Part shown: piece after piece, positions 55,953 to 64,000 of the stretch
Layout: every line of letters begins with the position of its first letter
Numbering within the stretch: position 1 is the stretch's first letter
Source of the DNA: a virus
Direction: 5' to 3' (one strand)
DNA: 64,000 nt
IMG/VR virus record: IMGVR_UViG_3300040801_002693
Coordinates: 1 to 64,000 of that record
Translations under genes and position numbers: made by a program
The notes under the pieces: model-generated
The model's input: only the letters and a program-made list of their open reading frames with translations
Databases searched by the model: none
Told to the model about the DNA's origin: nothing

Positions 55953-58900
55953 AGTACCGCTTTTCCTCCAGCATGACCTGCATTCCGCGACTGGGAATGA
56001 ACATGCCATCTATCGACTTGGCATGAGCGCGTCTCCGGTTCATCATGGCATTCCGAATCCGCTCCTGCGTGATCGCAATCCGGGGATTTGTGCGGTTGAA
56101 CTGGGCAATTTTCTGACGCGCCAATCGCGCCATCTCGGTGTCCTGAGACTCGTTTGCAAAAACCACGGCCCGAATGAGCGCCTGCGCCCGCCGATCGAGT
56201 TGACCCTTGTAGTTGTAAAGCAGGTTATTTTGTTGATAAACATTCGCAATTTCCGCTGGTGAGAAGCCCATCGCTTGCATCACCAGTTGCCGCCCATTGA
56301 CCTCGTTGATCAACTTATCCCCACGCCGAGTCATCACGCCCTCGGTCTCGTAACGCCACGCCTTGACCATATTCGCCAGCGGGGAGGGTAAAGCCGACTC
56401 AAAGCCGCGATAGGTTAAGTCGGTGCTGCCTTCGCTCAGCCCGCGATTCATGTCGTGCATTCCCTGCGCAACCTTCGCACCCATCCCGAACACCGGGCCT
56501 GCGAACTGCCGCAGATACTCCATCGCCAATTGCTGACCCTCTAAATCACCGGGCGGCTTCCGAATCCACAGGCGAATCAAATCCAAACTCAACCGTGATT
56601 GCAGCGACATCGGCTCACCGGCACCAAACACCGTACCGGCAGGGCCGTGCATCACCATCTCCCGGCCTTGTTCGCCCAAGGTATCGGTCAGTTCCTTATT
56701 CAGCCACAACTCGAAATCCCAGGGATCGTCGTCATCGCCGAACAGGGCCTCGGCCATCGCCACTGCACCGACGACAATCGTGTACATCGGCAGACCCATC
56801 GCCCCGCCGAGGATCGCGGTATTCATCATCATCCAGCCGAGGCGCTTCCGAGCTACAGCCCTTTCTTCGGGAGCGACCCCTTTGCGGAACGGCATCGACT
56901 GATAGATGTCCCGCGTTAAGCGCCAGGTCATCAACTGCGAGTAGGTGCGGAACAGGAACGCCACCCGCGCCCAGTCCGAACGCATGAAGCGCGCCCGATT
57001 GGCGTTGGAGTATTCGCCCTGGGTGAACGCAATCGCCTTAAACGCATAATCCATCGCCTTCTGATGGGCCTCTTCACGAGGCAGGTTGTTCAGTCTTTGT
57101 CGCATCAGTCGGTAGGCCGCCAATCCAGTGACCTCACGATTCGAGACCTCGGAGTGGTGGAACAGGAACCCGCCGACACGGGTGGCGAAGTCGGCAAAGC
57201 GACTGGCCTTACCGCCCATCCCCGGCTGCATCAGCATCGCATCCTCACCCAGTCCCGCCAACTGCGTCGTTGCCGAGCGTGAGACGCGCCCCGAGGTCTC
57301 CAGGAAGTTCAGGAACCGACCCATGTCGCCTTCAAATTCCCCACCCAGGGTCTCCATCATCGCCGCCTCCAGCGGGGTGATGGCGCGATCAATTTCGTAC
57401 CCCTCCTGCTTCATCTGCTTGACGGCTTTCAGGTATTCCGTCTCGTCCTTGTAGGTCATATACCGCACGTCATCTTGCGCCTGACCGTTCTCATCCAGGA
57501 CTTGCCGGGTGGCCTTAAACGCCATCAGATTCGGCGAAACCCCCATCTGTCGCCGCCGATTAATGACGCGGGTATAATCACCCATCGCCTTATGTACCTG
57601 CTTAAAGGCTTTCCCGCCGCCGAATCGCGCTGCCAATTCCGGGAAGGTCATTAGCGGCACTTGTGAGATGTTGACCAGGGCGGTGGAGGGGTTGGTGAGA
57701 TACCAGAGGAACCCGAGCGAGGTCGCCCGATTCGCCCAGGTGGAGTTGGAGGGGTTCATTAGCCAATCATAGCTTTTCCAGAGTTCCTGGACGATCTTAC
57801 CGGCCTTGGATTGGTTCTCTAAATCCCCATCCAGTGACCGTACTTCCCGCTCCATCTGGTACATCAAATCGGTAATGATGTCTCCGTAGTGTAAACGAGC
57901 CAGCATGTTCGCCGATCCGTTCATAAACTGTCCATAGGCCCTCAAAGCGTCCTGATTGAAGCCAGTCACGGATTTACGCTGTAACCGATGCTTGCGTATC
58001 GACAAGTCCGGCAGCGCCTCCAGATAGAGGTTGTAGATTTCCTGTTTGAGGTTTTCCTTCTCCCGAGGATTCTGAACCGTCTCATCCACGAACTGATAAA
58101 GGTCACTCACAAACGTCCCGCTCGGTGCCTTCTCGACCTCATCCTTAATGGCCTTATAATCCGTATTGACTGTCCACCCTTCCTTCTCCAGCGCATCCTT
58201 GGCTTGCCGCTGCTCCTGGATGGTCTCGAAACGCGAGAAAGCAATTTTCTTCTCCATCACCGGCAGGCCAGCTTCATCGAATTTCTTTTCCCCGGTCGCC
58301 CGATCCATCGCCTGCTGCATTCGATGGGCATACACGTAATACTGTCCATAGCGGGTCAGTGGCGCGTAAGGAACGATGCGAGCGCCCGCCTCGGCGTAGA
58401 GTTCAATCGACTCCATGAGCGTCGTTTGGCGTAACTTGTAACTGCGATTAATGTCCTTAAACAGCATCCGAGCATCTTCGGGTAGCGTTGCCAACTCCTG
58501 CTGCATCGCTTCGTGCTCTTCGGGAACAAACGACTTCTGTGAAACCCGATCCACCAGGATGTTGATGGCGCGGCGCTGTGTACTGATCAACAAGTTCTTG
58601 AGCTTCCCAAAGGTATCCTCATCCCGACTTTCCAATTCAGCCAGACGCGCATCCTGCGGCATGTTCTCCAACTTCTTGCGCAAGTGGAATAGCTTTTTCT
58701 GGTCTTTACTGAGGGCCTGATACGCCTTCTTGGCGCGAACCACTACCGAACTGACTTCCTGCTCAAAAGGCGTCAGTGGTGCATTAATACTGGTCAGGCG
58801 GCGATGCCGTTCCTTCGTGATCACATCCTCTTCGTGCATCTTCTTTTCGAGCTTCAACACCTGCTCAATCACCAGACGCTCTTTTCGAGGCGCATCATTC

Positions 58901-61900
58901 AACTTCTCCAGCAGTTCCCGGACTTCCTGTACCTTGGCGTCCTCGGGGTCACGACGGGCAGCGCGATCCAAGGTGGTTTTCACCATTGACAGCCCGGAGC
59001 GTCCCACTCGCTCCTTCATGGCGGCGTACTTCATATCGTTGATCTTTTCGTAATTATCGAAGACCTGTTGAATCGCGTCGGCCAGGATCGGATTATTCTT
59101 TTTGAGCGTGTCGTACTTCTTGGTCAGGATGTCGTACCACCGCTCGTATTCGCCATACAGTTCGTCCGTAATCATCGGCCCTCGCTCTTCACGAGTCTGC
59201 TTGGGCTTACTGACATCGACGTGATAAATGGTGGAGCCGTGCAGAATGTAATCCATCAACCGCGCTGAGTTGGGGTCGCGGCCTACCTCTCGCTGCCAGA
59301 GTGGCACCAACCCGTCGTACATGTCGCGCTTAACGCGGCTCTTGTCACCGTCCATTAGTGAGGCGATGTCTTCGTATTCCGAGGCGGAGGGTAGTAAGGC
59401 GGATCGTCCCTGGGCGTCAATCTGGTTCTCCTTTACCGATTCCCGTCCGGGTCGCGTGATCAGGCGTGATGCCATCTCGACCAGTTGTTGCCGAGTCAGG
59501 AACGCCAACCCGCCGCCGAAGCTGTTACGTCCGGCATCCCAAAGCCGCTGGAGGAGCGTCCGGTTGTCGGGGTTCTGATCGAAGATTTTGGTGCCGATGT
59601 CATCGAAGGTCTGCGTGTCTTGCGCGATCGGACTGGAGCGAGAGAAGGCGATACGGGCCGTATCATCATAAGTACCTCGATTATAATAACTCTTTATATC
59701 CTTATTATCAAACACCACAAAGATATTATCAAGCGGCCCACCGTCATAGGTATTTAAAATTACCAACCCATCATTATTCTCAGTTTTAGCCTTTTTGAGT
59801 AGGTCATTATAAGTTATCTCTCTATATTCATTATTATGCTGGTCATAAACCATCGGGTTACTCATCCGAATATAAGACGGATAAACTGTTGGGTTTATTT
59901 TATTATTAACGATGGAAACGCTCCCAAACTCACCTTCTTCAAGTTTCTTTAAGAAATTATATGCGCTTTTATATCCTTTATTATCATTTAGCGCATCTTG
60001 AAAATTTCCAAACCTAAACAAAGACATAATAGCATCAATTCTTGATTCTGATGTAAAAATATCAGATTCACCAAAATCACTATTTTCATTAAAAACTTCT
60101 CCACCAATAGTGATTGTCGATTCCAACTCAATATCACCAGTGTAATACTGAGAATTAGCTGTGCTTGCGCTTCCTGCAAAGAAAAATCCCTTTCTTGCTG
60201 ATGCGGCTTTAGTATTCTCACCTAACTTTCCGCTATCAAACTCTTCAATTTCTCCTGATTTTGACCCATGATAGACTTTAGCAACAAAAGGCTTTCCTGT
60301 CTCAAATGGCTTTGCTGTCTCAATACTTATGTTGTCCTTATTTTCTTTAAGCCAAGAATATTCAGGCCAATTTGTCATTTCTTCGTCTTCATAATAAGCA
60401 AGCGTTTCATCTACATCCTTAATTCTGAAAAGTTCACTTATCATATTATCGAAACTAGCAGGGCCGGGTATAGATTTACCATATTTAGCCTTTAAAAAGC
60501 GCCTTAATGGCCCGGAAGGATCGCCTAATTTAATCTTCTCATTAAAAATTACTACTGAATCTCCATCTTCATTTTCTAGCGATGCCGGGTCTACATACTG
60601 GAAAACAGGATACCCTCGTGACCACCGCTGAAACTCAGACGTAGATTCTTGCGCAAAGCTCGGATAGGCGATCTTGCTGCCTGAGATCACCCAGGAGGAT
60701 TCGCTTGGCGAACCGCTGTCCAGCATCCGCTGTGACTCCCGCGCAAAGCGATAGACGCTGTTCAGGGTCAGGTCTTGAGTAAAGGCGTTATCCATTCCGA
60801 GTTTTTTCAGGAAGGCACGTAGGGCTTGCAGGATACGATCACCGAGACTCTTGAGTAGCTTGACCTGCTCGAACTGTCCGTTCTCCAGCAATACCGCAAA
60901 GATTTCCTCGCTGCGTTGGAATTTATCCAACTTCGGTTGCCGACCATCGACCTGTTCAGTCGCCGCTTTCACCGCCTTATTGCCGACCTGTTCCAGTCGA
61001 TGCAGGGCATTCATCAGATGCATGAACTCAGGCGCTTCCCGTAGATTATGGGTTGCCCAATGCGCAATCGTTTCGTGCATCAGAACTTCGCGGGCGCGTT
61101 TCAGGTCTGGGAGTTGATCGGCGATCAGATAGACGCGCCGGGAGACCCCATCGTAAAAGCCTTCAACGGTTTCGGTACCTGCGCCTAAGCGATCCACCAG
61201 TTCTTTCGGAAGGTCGCTGATGGAGTTGACGACTCGGACATTCAGCCCCGCATGACGCCACAGGGCTTCTTTTGGGGTGACCAGGGACTCGGTGATTTGG
61301 GTGGGAGAAACAGAAACCCCGACTTGCGCCGGGGTCTCAGGGTTCGTGCGGGAGAATCTTAATCCGGGAGGCGTTCGACTAATCGATCCATCAAAGGATC
61401 GAGCGAGGCGGAAATCTCCTTGCTCGATATACTGTTCCGCCAGTCGTCGTACTCCTCGTCCCCGCCGATCATCGCCTCGAACATCTCGGGCGGCAGTGAG
61501 AGCGGACTGGATGGCGTCTGCGGAGATGCCGCGCTGTTCGGCGATTCGGGCAAACTCGGCAGAGAAGTCGGTTGGGGTGCTTTTATCATCCCTTACTCCA
61601 AGAATTGAATAAAGTTCCTTTTCAGGATACCACATAATCGCCTGCAAGTCAGCCGGGGTGACGCCCATCTTATCTGCAACTTCCGTAAAGAGGCGAGTCA
61701 TCCAGTAACGACGAGTCGCCGTTTTTGGATCGTCTTTCGGATTAAATGCCGCCTTAACCTGACGCGCTGCTTTTCCGGCTGAGTCAAAAGGCTCTCCGAC
61801 AGGGAAGGCGTTTTTCTTGCCTCTCCCTTTATTGTCATACTTTCCGAACACGGTTCCAGCCAAACTCAGCATTTCGTCGTTGTCATATTGATAGAAATTC

Positions 61901-64000
61901 GTATCGGTTAGACCGAGTGCTTTTTTGACTTTCTTGTTAGAGACTGCTTTCAAAAACACTTGTTTTTGCGTCTCCGCTTCTTCGGCGGAATTAATGAGGT
62001 CGCCTGTAATGCGTCCCCACATCCGACTGAACCACAAATCAATCGTTGTGGTTTCTGGATTGCCGGAAAGATTCTGGAAGAAGGAACCGATTTTCGGCCC
62101 CATCAACATAGAACCAAAGACCTCGGAATCCATAAACATCTGCGAAACGCCACCTCCCTTCTTACCGATGAGTTGGCCTGCTTCCTTATTCGAGAACTTC
62201 GTGAACATCAAACGCATCGTGCGATCCACGCCATGTCGTCCAATAAGATCGTTAAACAACTCAAGATTCTTATTGATCTGTCCTGCACTGCTCCCAATCC
62301 CGATCATCGGTAACTGACCAGTCTCCTTAAACTGACTGTACGCATTTTCGGCTAATTCGATATTCTTAGAGACCTGCAACCCCTGACTGGTGGCAGCAAG
62401 ACTGTAGAGGAACACGAACTGCTGTTGCGGGTCTTTCGCCAACTCAGGATGCACCAGCGCCGCCAGTTCCATCATCTCGTTGATCTTGGTGTTGTACCAA
62501 TCACTCGCGTTGCCGGTCTTCTTGAGTGCGGCCTGTGCCTCGGCTTCGATAATCTGCTTAATCAGCGCATTATCTTCCGGGTTGTCCTCAAGAATCCGTC
62601 CCTTCCGAGCGGCGCGAGTCCGGGCTTGCAGCGCTTGTGCAGCTTCACGGACCCGACGAATTCCCGGTAAGCGAGTAGCGCCATACAGAATATCAATCGA
62701 ACTGGCTTCGCGGGCTATCGTCGGCAAAGGATCAGCGATTTCACGAAGAATCTGATCGCTTTGCGCTTGTGTCAGGCTCGCCAGCAGTTCCGGTGATGTC
62801 ACGTAATCAGGATCAAACGCGGCCTCGGGAGAACGAATCTGCGTGGCCTGAAACACGATCGGCCATTCCTGGCCTTTTGTATCGGTGCGCAACACCCCAT
62901 CATAACCTTGCTCAATCAGGGATTGCGTGACCCGCTGCATCTCCCGATCAAACCGCTGACGGTTTTCCTGTTGAGACAGGGTCGGATCGTTCGTCGAAGC
63001 CATCCCGGCCTTCTTGACGAAATCACTCATTCCCGTGACGCGCAAGGGGTTTTGCAGTTTCAGGTGTGCTGCAACAACCGTATCGCCCCACCGTTGTGCG
63101 GTCTCGTTGTCCGGGGTGAAATAGAATCCCCGCCCAAAGAAACCGGGATCGGTGCGTGAACCAATCTTCTGTTCATCGAATGCGCCGAATGTCTGGTTCG
63201 TGCCGTGATAGAAGGTCTGGTCAGGATCAAATCCCATCGCCCGAGCGCGTTCCTGGCGGGTCTCCAGGGACATATCCAGCCCTTTCTGAGTAGAACGCAC
63301 CCATTCTACTGCTTCATTGAGTTGTGTCCCCTGATAACCCTGAGCGCGGGCCTGTTGCAGGTAACGCACCGAAGCAGGTACCGAGGTTGTCCCGGATTGC
63401 TTGCGCACCTGTCGCGCATGATTTCGCAGACTACTCTGTACCAGCGTCAGAATATCACCGTCCTTCATCAACACCTTCACACCTAAGCGATAAAGGATAG
63501 CTTTGATGGCGGAGATAATCTTGCGATACAGCGGCATACTCTTGGGCGCATATTCCACGAAATACGCCAGCAGTTCGTGATCGTAATTCTCGGCGGTTAA
63601 TTGCCCTTTCTCGATCAACTGATCCACGAATTGCTTGGCTTTTCGCGCAACCGGACTGCCTTGCTCTGCCAGTTTCTTGATTTGGTTTACCAGGTCATTA
63701 AAGCCAGGGCGACCCATCAAGCTCGGCATTCCGAACGAGGCGACCACTGCATGAACGAACTTGATCATCGTTTGATGCTGGCCCAGGTACCCGGTCATCT
63801 CCATTAAGTGACCGGCCTCGTGTGTCAGCATATCCTCCAACATCGACACGCTAACGTGCGGCAACACCAGATGGATATTCCCGTTCTGGTCGATGTACGC
63901 GCCGATCTTGTCGGCTTTCACTTCTTTCGGGACATGCAGGGTATCGTTGTGCAACCGAATCCGTCCGGTGCGAATCAGGGTATCCGCATCCTTATCACCC
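55951..64000 (-). CDS. Giant multidomain polyvalent-type virion protein, N-terminally truncated by the window (more than 2,680 codons)
   Basis: The frame stays open from 63954 to the window edge, because the ORF-track M is a TTG. HExxH motifs: THEAGHLM (about 63808-63822) and MHETIAHW (about 61060-61077). Two ART-like modules: YHGT...GRGFYFT...GYDGV...IVFQATQIRS (about 62825-63215) and YHGS...KGFFFAGS...NDGLVIL...FVVFDNKDIKS (about 59690-60280). A hydrophobic segment lies near 56740-56840. Confidence 0.75.
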   Translation of the reverse strand, partial: GDKDADTLIRTGRIRLHNDTLHVPKEVKADKIGAYIDQNGNIHLVLPHVSVSMLEDMLTHEAGHLMEMTGYLGQHQTMIKFVHAVVASFGMPSLMGRPGFNDLVNQIKKLAEQGSPVARKAKQFVDQLIEKGQLTAENYDHELLAYFVEYAPKSMPLYRKIISAIKAILYRLGVKVLMKDGDILTLVQSSLRNHARQVRKQSGTTSVPASVRYLQQARAQGYQGTQLNEAVEWVRSTQKGLDMSLETRQERARAMGFDPDQTFYHGTNQTFGAFDEQKIGSRTDPGFFGRGFYFTPDNETAQRWGDTVVAAHLKLQNPLRVTGMSDFVKKAGMASTNDPTLSQQENRQRFDREMQRVTQSLIEQGYDGVLRTDTKGQEWPIVFQATQIRSPEAAFDPDYVTSPELLASLTQAQSDQILREIADPLPTIAREASSIDILYGATRLPGIRRVREAAQALQARTRAARKGRILEDNPEDNALIKQIIEAEAQAALKKTGNASDWYNTKINEMMELAALVHPELAKDPQQQFVFLYSLAATSQGLQVSKNIELAENAYSQFKETGQLPMIGIGSSAGQINKNLELFNDLIGRHGVDRTMRLMFTKFSNKEAGQLIGKKGGGVSQMFMDSEVFGSMLMGPKIGSFFQNLSGNPETTTIDLWFSRMWGRITGDLINSAEEAETQKQVFLKAVSNKKVKKALGLTDTNFYQYDNDEMLSLAGTVFGKYDNKGRGKKNAFPVGEPFDSAGKAARQVKAAFNPKDDPKTATRRYWMTRLFTEVADKMGVTPADLQAIMWYPEKELYSILGVRDDKSTPTDFSAEFARIAEQRGISADAIQSALTAARDVRGDDRRGRGVRRLAEQYIEQGDFRLARSFDGSISRTPPGLRFSRTNPETPAQVGVSVSPTQITESLVTPKEALWRHAGLNVRVVNSISDLPKELVDRLGAGTETVEGFYDGVSRRVYLIADQLPDLKRAREVLMHETIAHWATHNLREAPEFMHLMNALHRLEQVGNKAVKAATEQVDGRQPKLDKFQRSEEIFAVLLENGQFEQVKLLKSLGDRILQALRAFLKKLGMDNAFTQDLTLNSVYRFARESQRMLDSGSPSESSWVISGSKIAYPSFAQESTSEFQRWSRGYPVFQYVDPASLENEDGDSVVIFNEKIKLGDPSGPLRRFLKAKYGKSIPGPASFDNMISELFRIKDVDETLAYYEDEEMTNWPEYSWLKENKDNISIETAKPFETGKPFVAKVYHGSKSGEIEEFDSGKLGENTKAASARKGFFFAGSASTANSQYYTGDIELESTITIGGEVFNENSDFGESDIFTSESRIDAIMSLFRFGNFQDALNDNKGYKSAYNFLKKLEEGEFGSVSIVNNKINPTVYPSYIRMSNPMVYDQHNNEYREITYNDLLKKAKTENNDGLVILNTYDGGPLDNIFVVFDNKDIKSYYNRGTYDDTARIAFSRSSPIAQDTQTFDDIGTKIFDQNPDNRTLLQRLWDAGRNSFGGGLAFLTRQQLVEMASRLITRPGRESVKENQIDAQGRSALLPSASEYEDIASLMDGDKSRVKRDMYDGLVPLWQREVGRDPNSARLMDYILHGSTIYHVDVSKPKQTREERGPMITDELYGEYERWYDILTKKYDTLKKNNPILADAIQQVFDNYEKINDMKYAAMKERVGRSGLSMVKTTLDRAARRDPEDAKVQEVRELLEKLNDAPRKERLVIEQVLKLEKKMHEEDVITKERHRRLTSINAPLTPFEQEVSSVVVRAKKAYQALSKDQKKLFHLRKKLENMPQDARLAELESRDEDTFGKLKNLLISTQRRAINILVDRVSQKSFVPEEHEAMQQELATLPEDARMLFKDINRSYKLRQTTLMESIELYAEAGARIVPYAPLTRYGQYYVYAHRMQQAMDRATGEKKFDEAGLPVMEKKIAFSRFETIQEQRQAKDALEKEGWTVNTDYKAIKDEVEKAPSGTFVSDLYQFVDETVQNPREKENLKQEIYNLYLEALPDLSIRKHRLQRKSVTGFNQDALRAYGQFMNGSANMLARLHYGDIITDLMYQMEREVRSLDGDLENQSKAGKIVQELWKSYDWLMNPSNSTWANRATSLGFLWYLTNPSTALVNISQVPLMTFPELAARFGGGKAFKQVHKAMGDYTRVINRRRQMGVSPNLMAFKATRQVLDENGQAQDDVRYMTYKDETEYLKAVKQMKQEGYEIDRAITPLEAAMMETLGGEFEGDMGRFLNFLETSGRVSRSATTQLAGLGEDAMLMQPGMGGKASRFADFATRVGGFLFHHSEVSNREVTGLAAYRLMRQRLNNLPREEAHQKAMDYAFKAIAFTQGEYSNANRARFMRSDWARVAFLFRTYSQLMTWRLTRDIYQSMPFRKGVAPEERAVARKRLGWMMMNTAILGGAMGLPMYTIVVGAVAMAEALFGDDDDPWDFELWLNKELTDTLGEQGREMVMHGPAGTVFGAGEPMSLQSRLSLDLIRLWIRKPPGDLEGQQLAMEYLRQFAGPVFGMGAKVAQGMHDMNRGLSEGSTDLTYRGFESALPSPLANMVKAWRYETEGVMTRRGDKLINEVNGRQLVMQAMGFSPAEIANVYQQNNLLYNYKGQLDRRAQALIRAVVFANESQDTEMARLARQKIAQFNRTNPRIAITQERIRNAMMNRRRAHAKSIDGMFIPSRGMQVMLEEKRY

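Noticed and set aside
55951-64000. N4-type virion RNA polymerase identity for the giant protein
   Set aside because: I could not find the T7-like polymerase motifs (D-x2-G-R/T, R-x3-K-x7-YG, H/x-D-x). The recognisable modules are HExxH and ART-like instead.

Overview
This window reads as a tailed dsDNA phage, or possibly a phage-plasmid, of about 50-55% G+C. No rRNA gene, intact tRNA, CRISPR array, transposase, integrase, lysis gene or tail gene was recognised. All protein calls come from motifs read by eye; no search was run.

Layout, left to right:
- 0.45-9.3 kb (minus): packaging block with portal, a DNA methyltransferase, a large terminase carrying an N-terminal zinc-ribbon extension, a RepL-like wHTH protein and a small terminase.
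- 9.4-19.8 kb (plus): about 30 small early ORFs of unknown function.
- 19.8-35.2 kb (minus): replication and nucleotide block. It holds a Q-like regulator, dUTPase, a ThyA-like enzyme, DUF1064, DUF3310, an HNH endonuclease, a mini-SSB, a primase-helicase, an initiator with internal iterons, a second methyltransferase and a UvrD-like helicase.
- 35.3-39.7 kb: a ParB-like protein, an A+T-rich moron, and a five-gene small-ORF operon behind a promoter-proximal terminator, divergent from an XRE regulator.
- 40-46.8 kb (plus): recombination block with a PD-(D/E)XK exonuclease, an annealing protein and an RNA ligase.
- 46.8-53.4 kb: plasmid-like maintenance genes (RepL-like, ParA, RHH partner, KilA-N, H-NS-like, DnaN).
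- 53.4-55.4 kb: two gene-poor stretches of about 0.7 kb each, one a promoter/sRNA/hairpin region and the other a G+T-rich GGCAGG array.
- 55.9 kb to the window edge (minus): a giant ORF of more than 2,680 codons resembling a polyvalent virion protein, with two HExxH motifs and two ART-like modules.

Most notable non-coding signals:
- A 17-bp near-palindrome built into at least 13 intergenic promoters.
- Leader terminators paired with a Q-like gene.
- A duplicated ~115-bp leader.
- Strand-asymmetric G-rich islands.
- A lambda-like origin inside the initiator gene.
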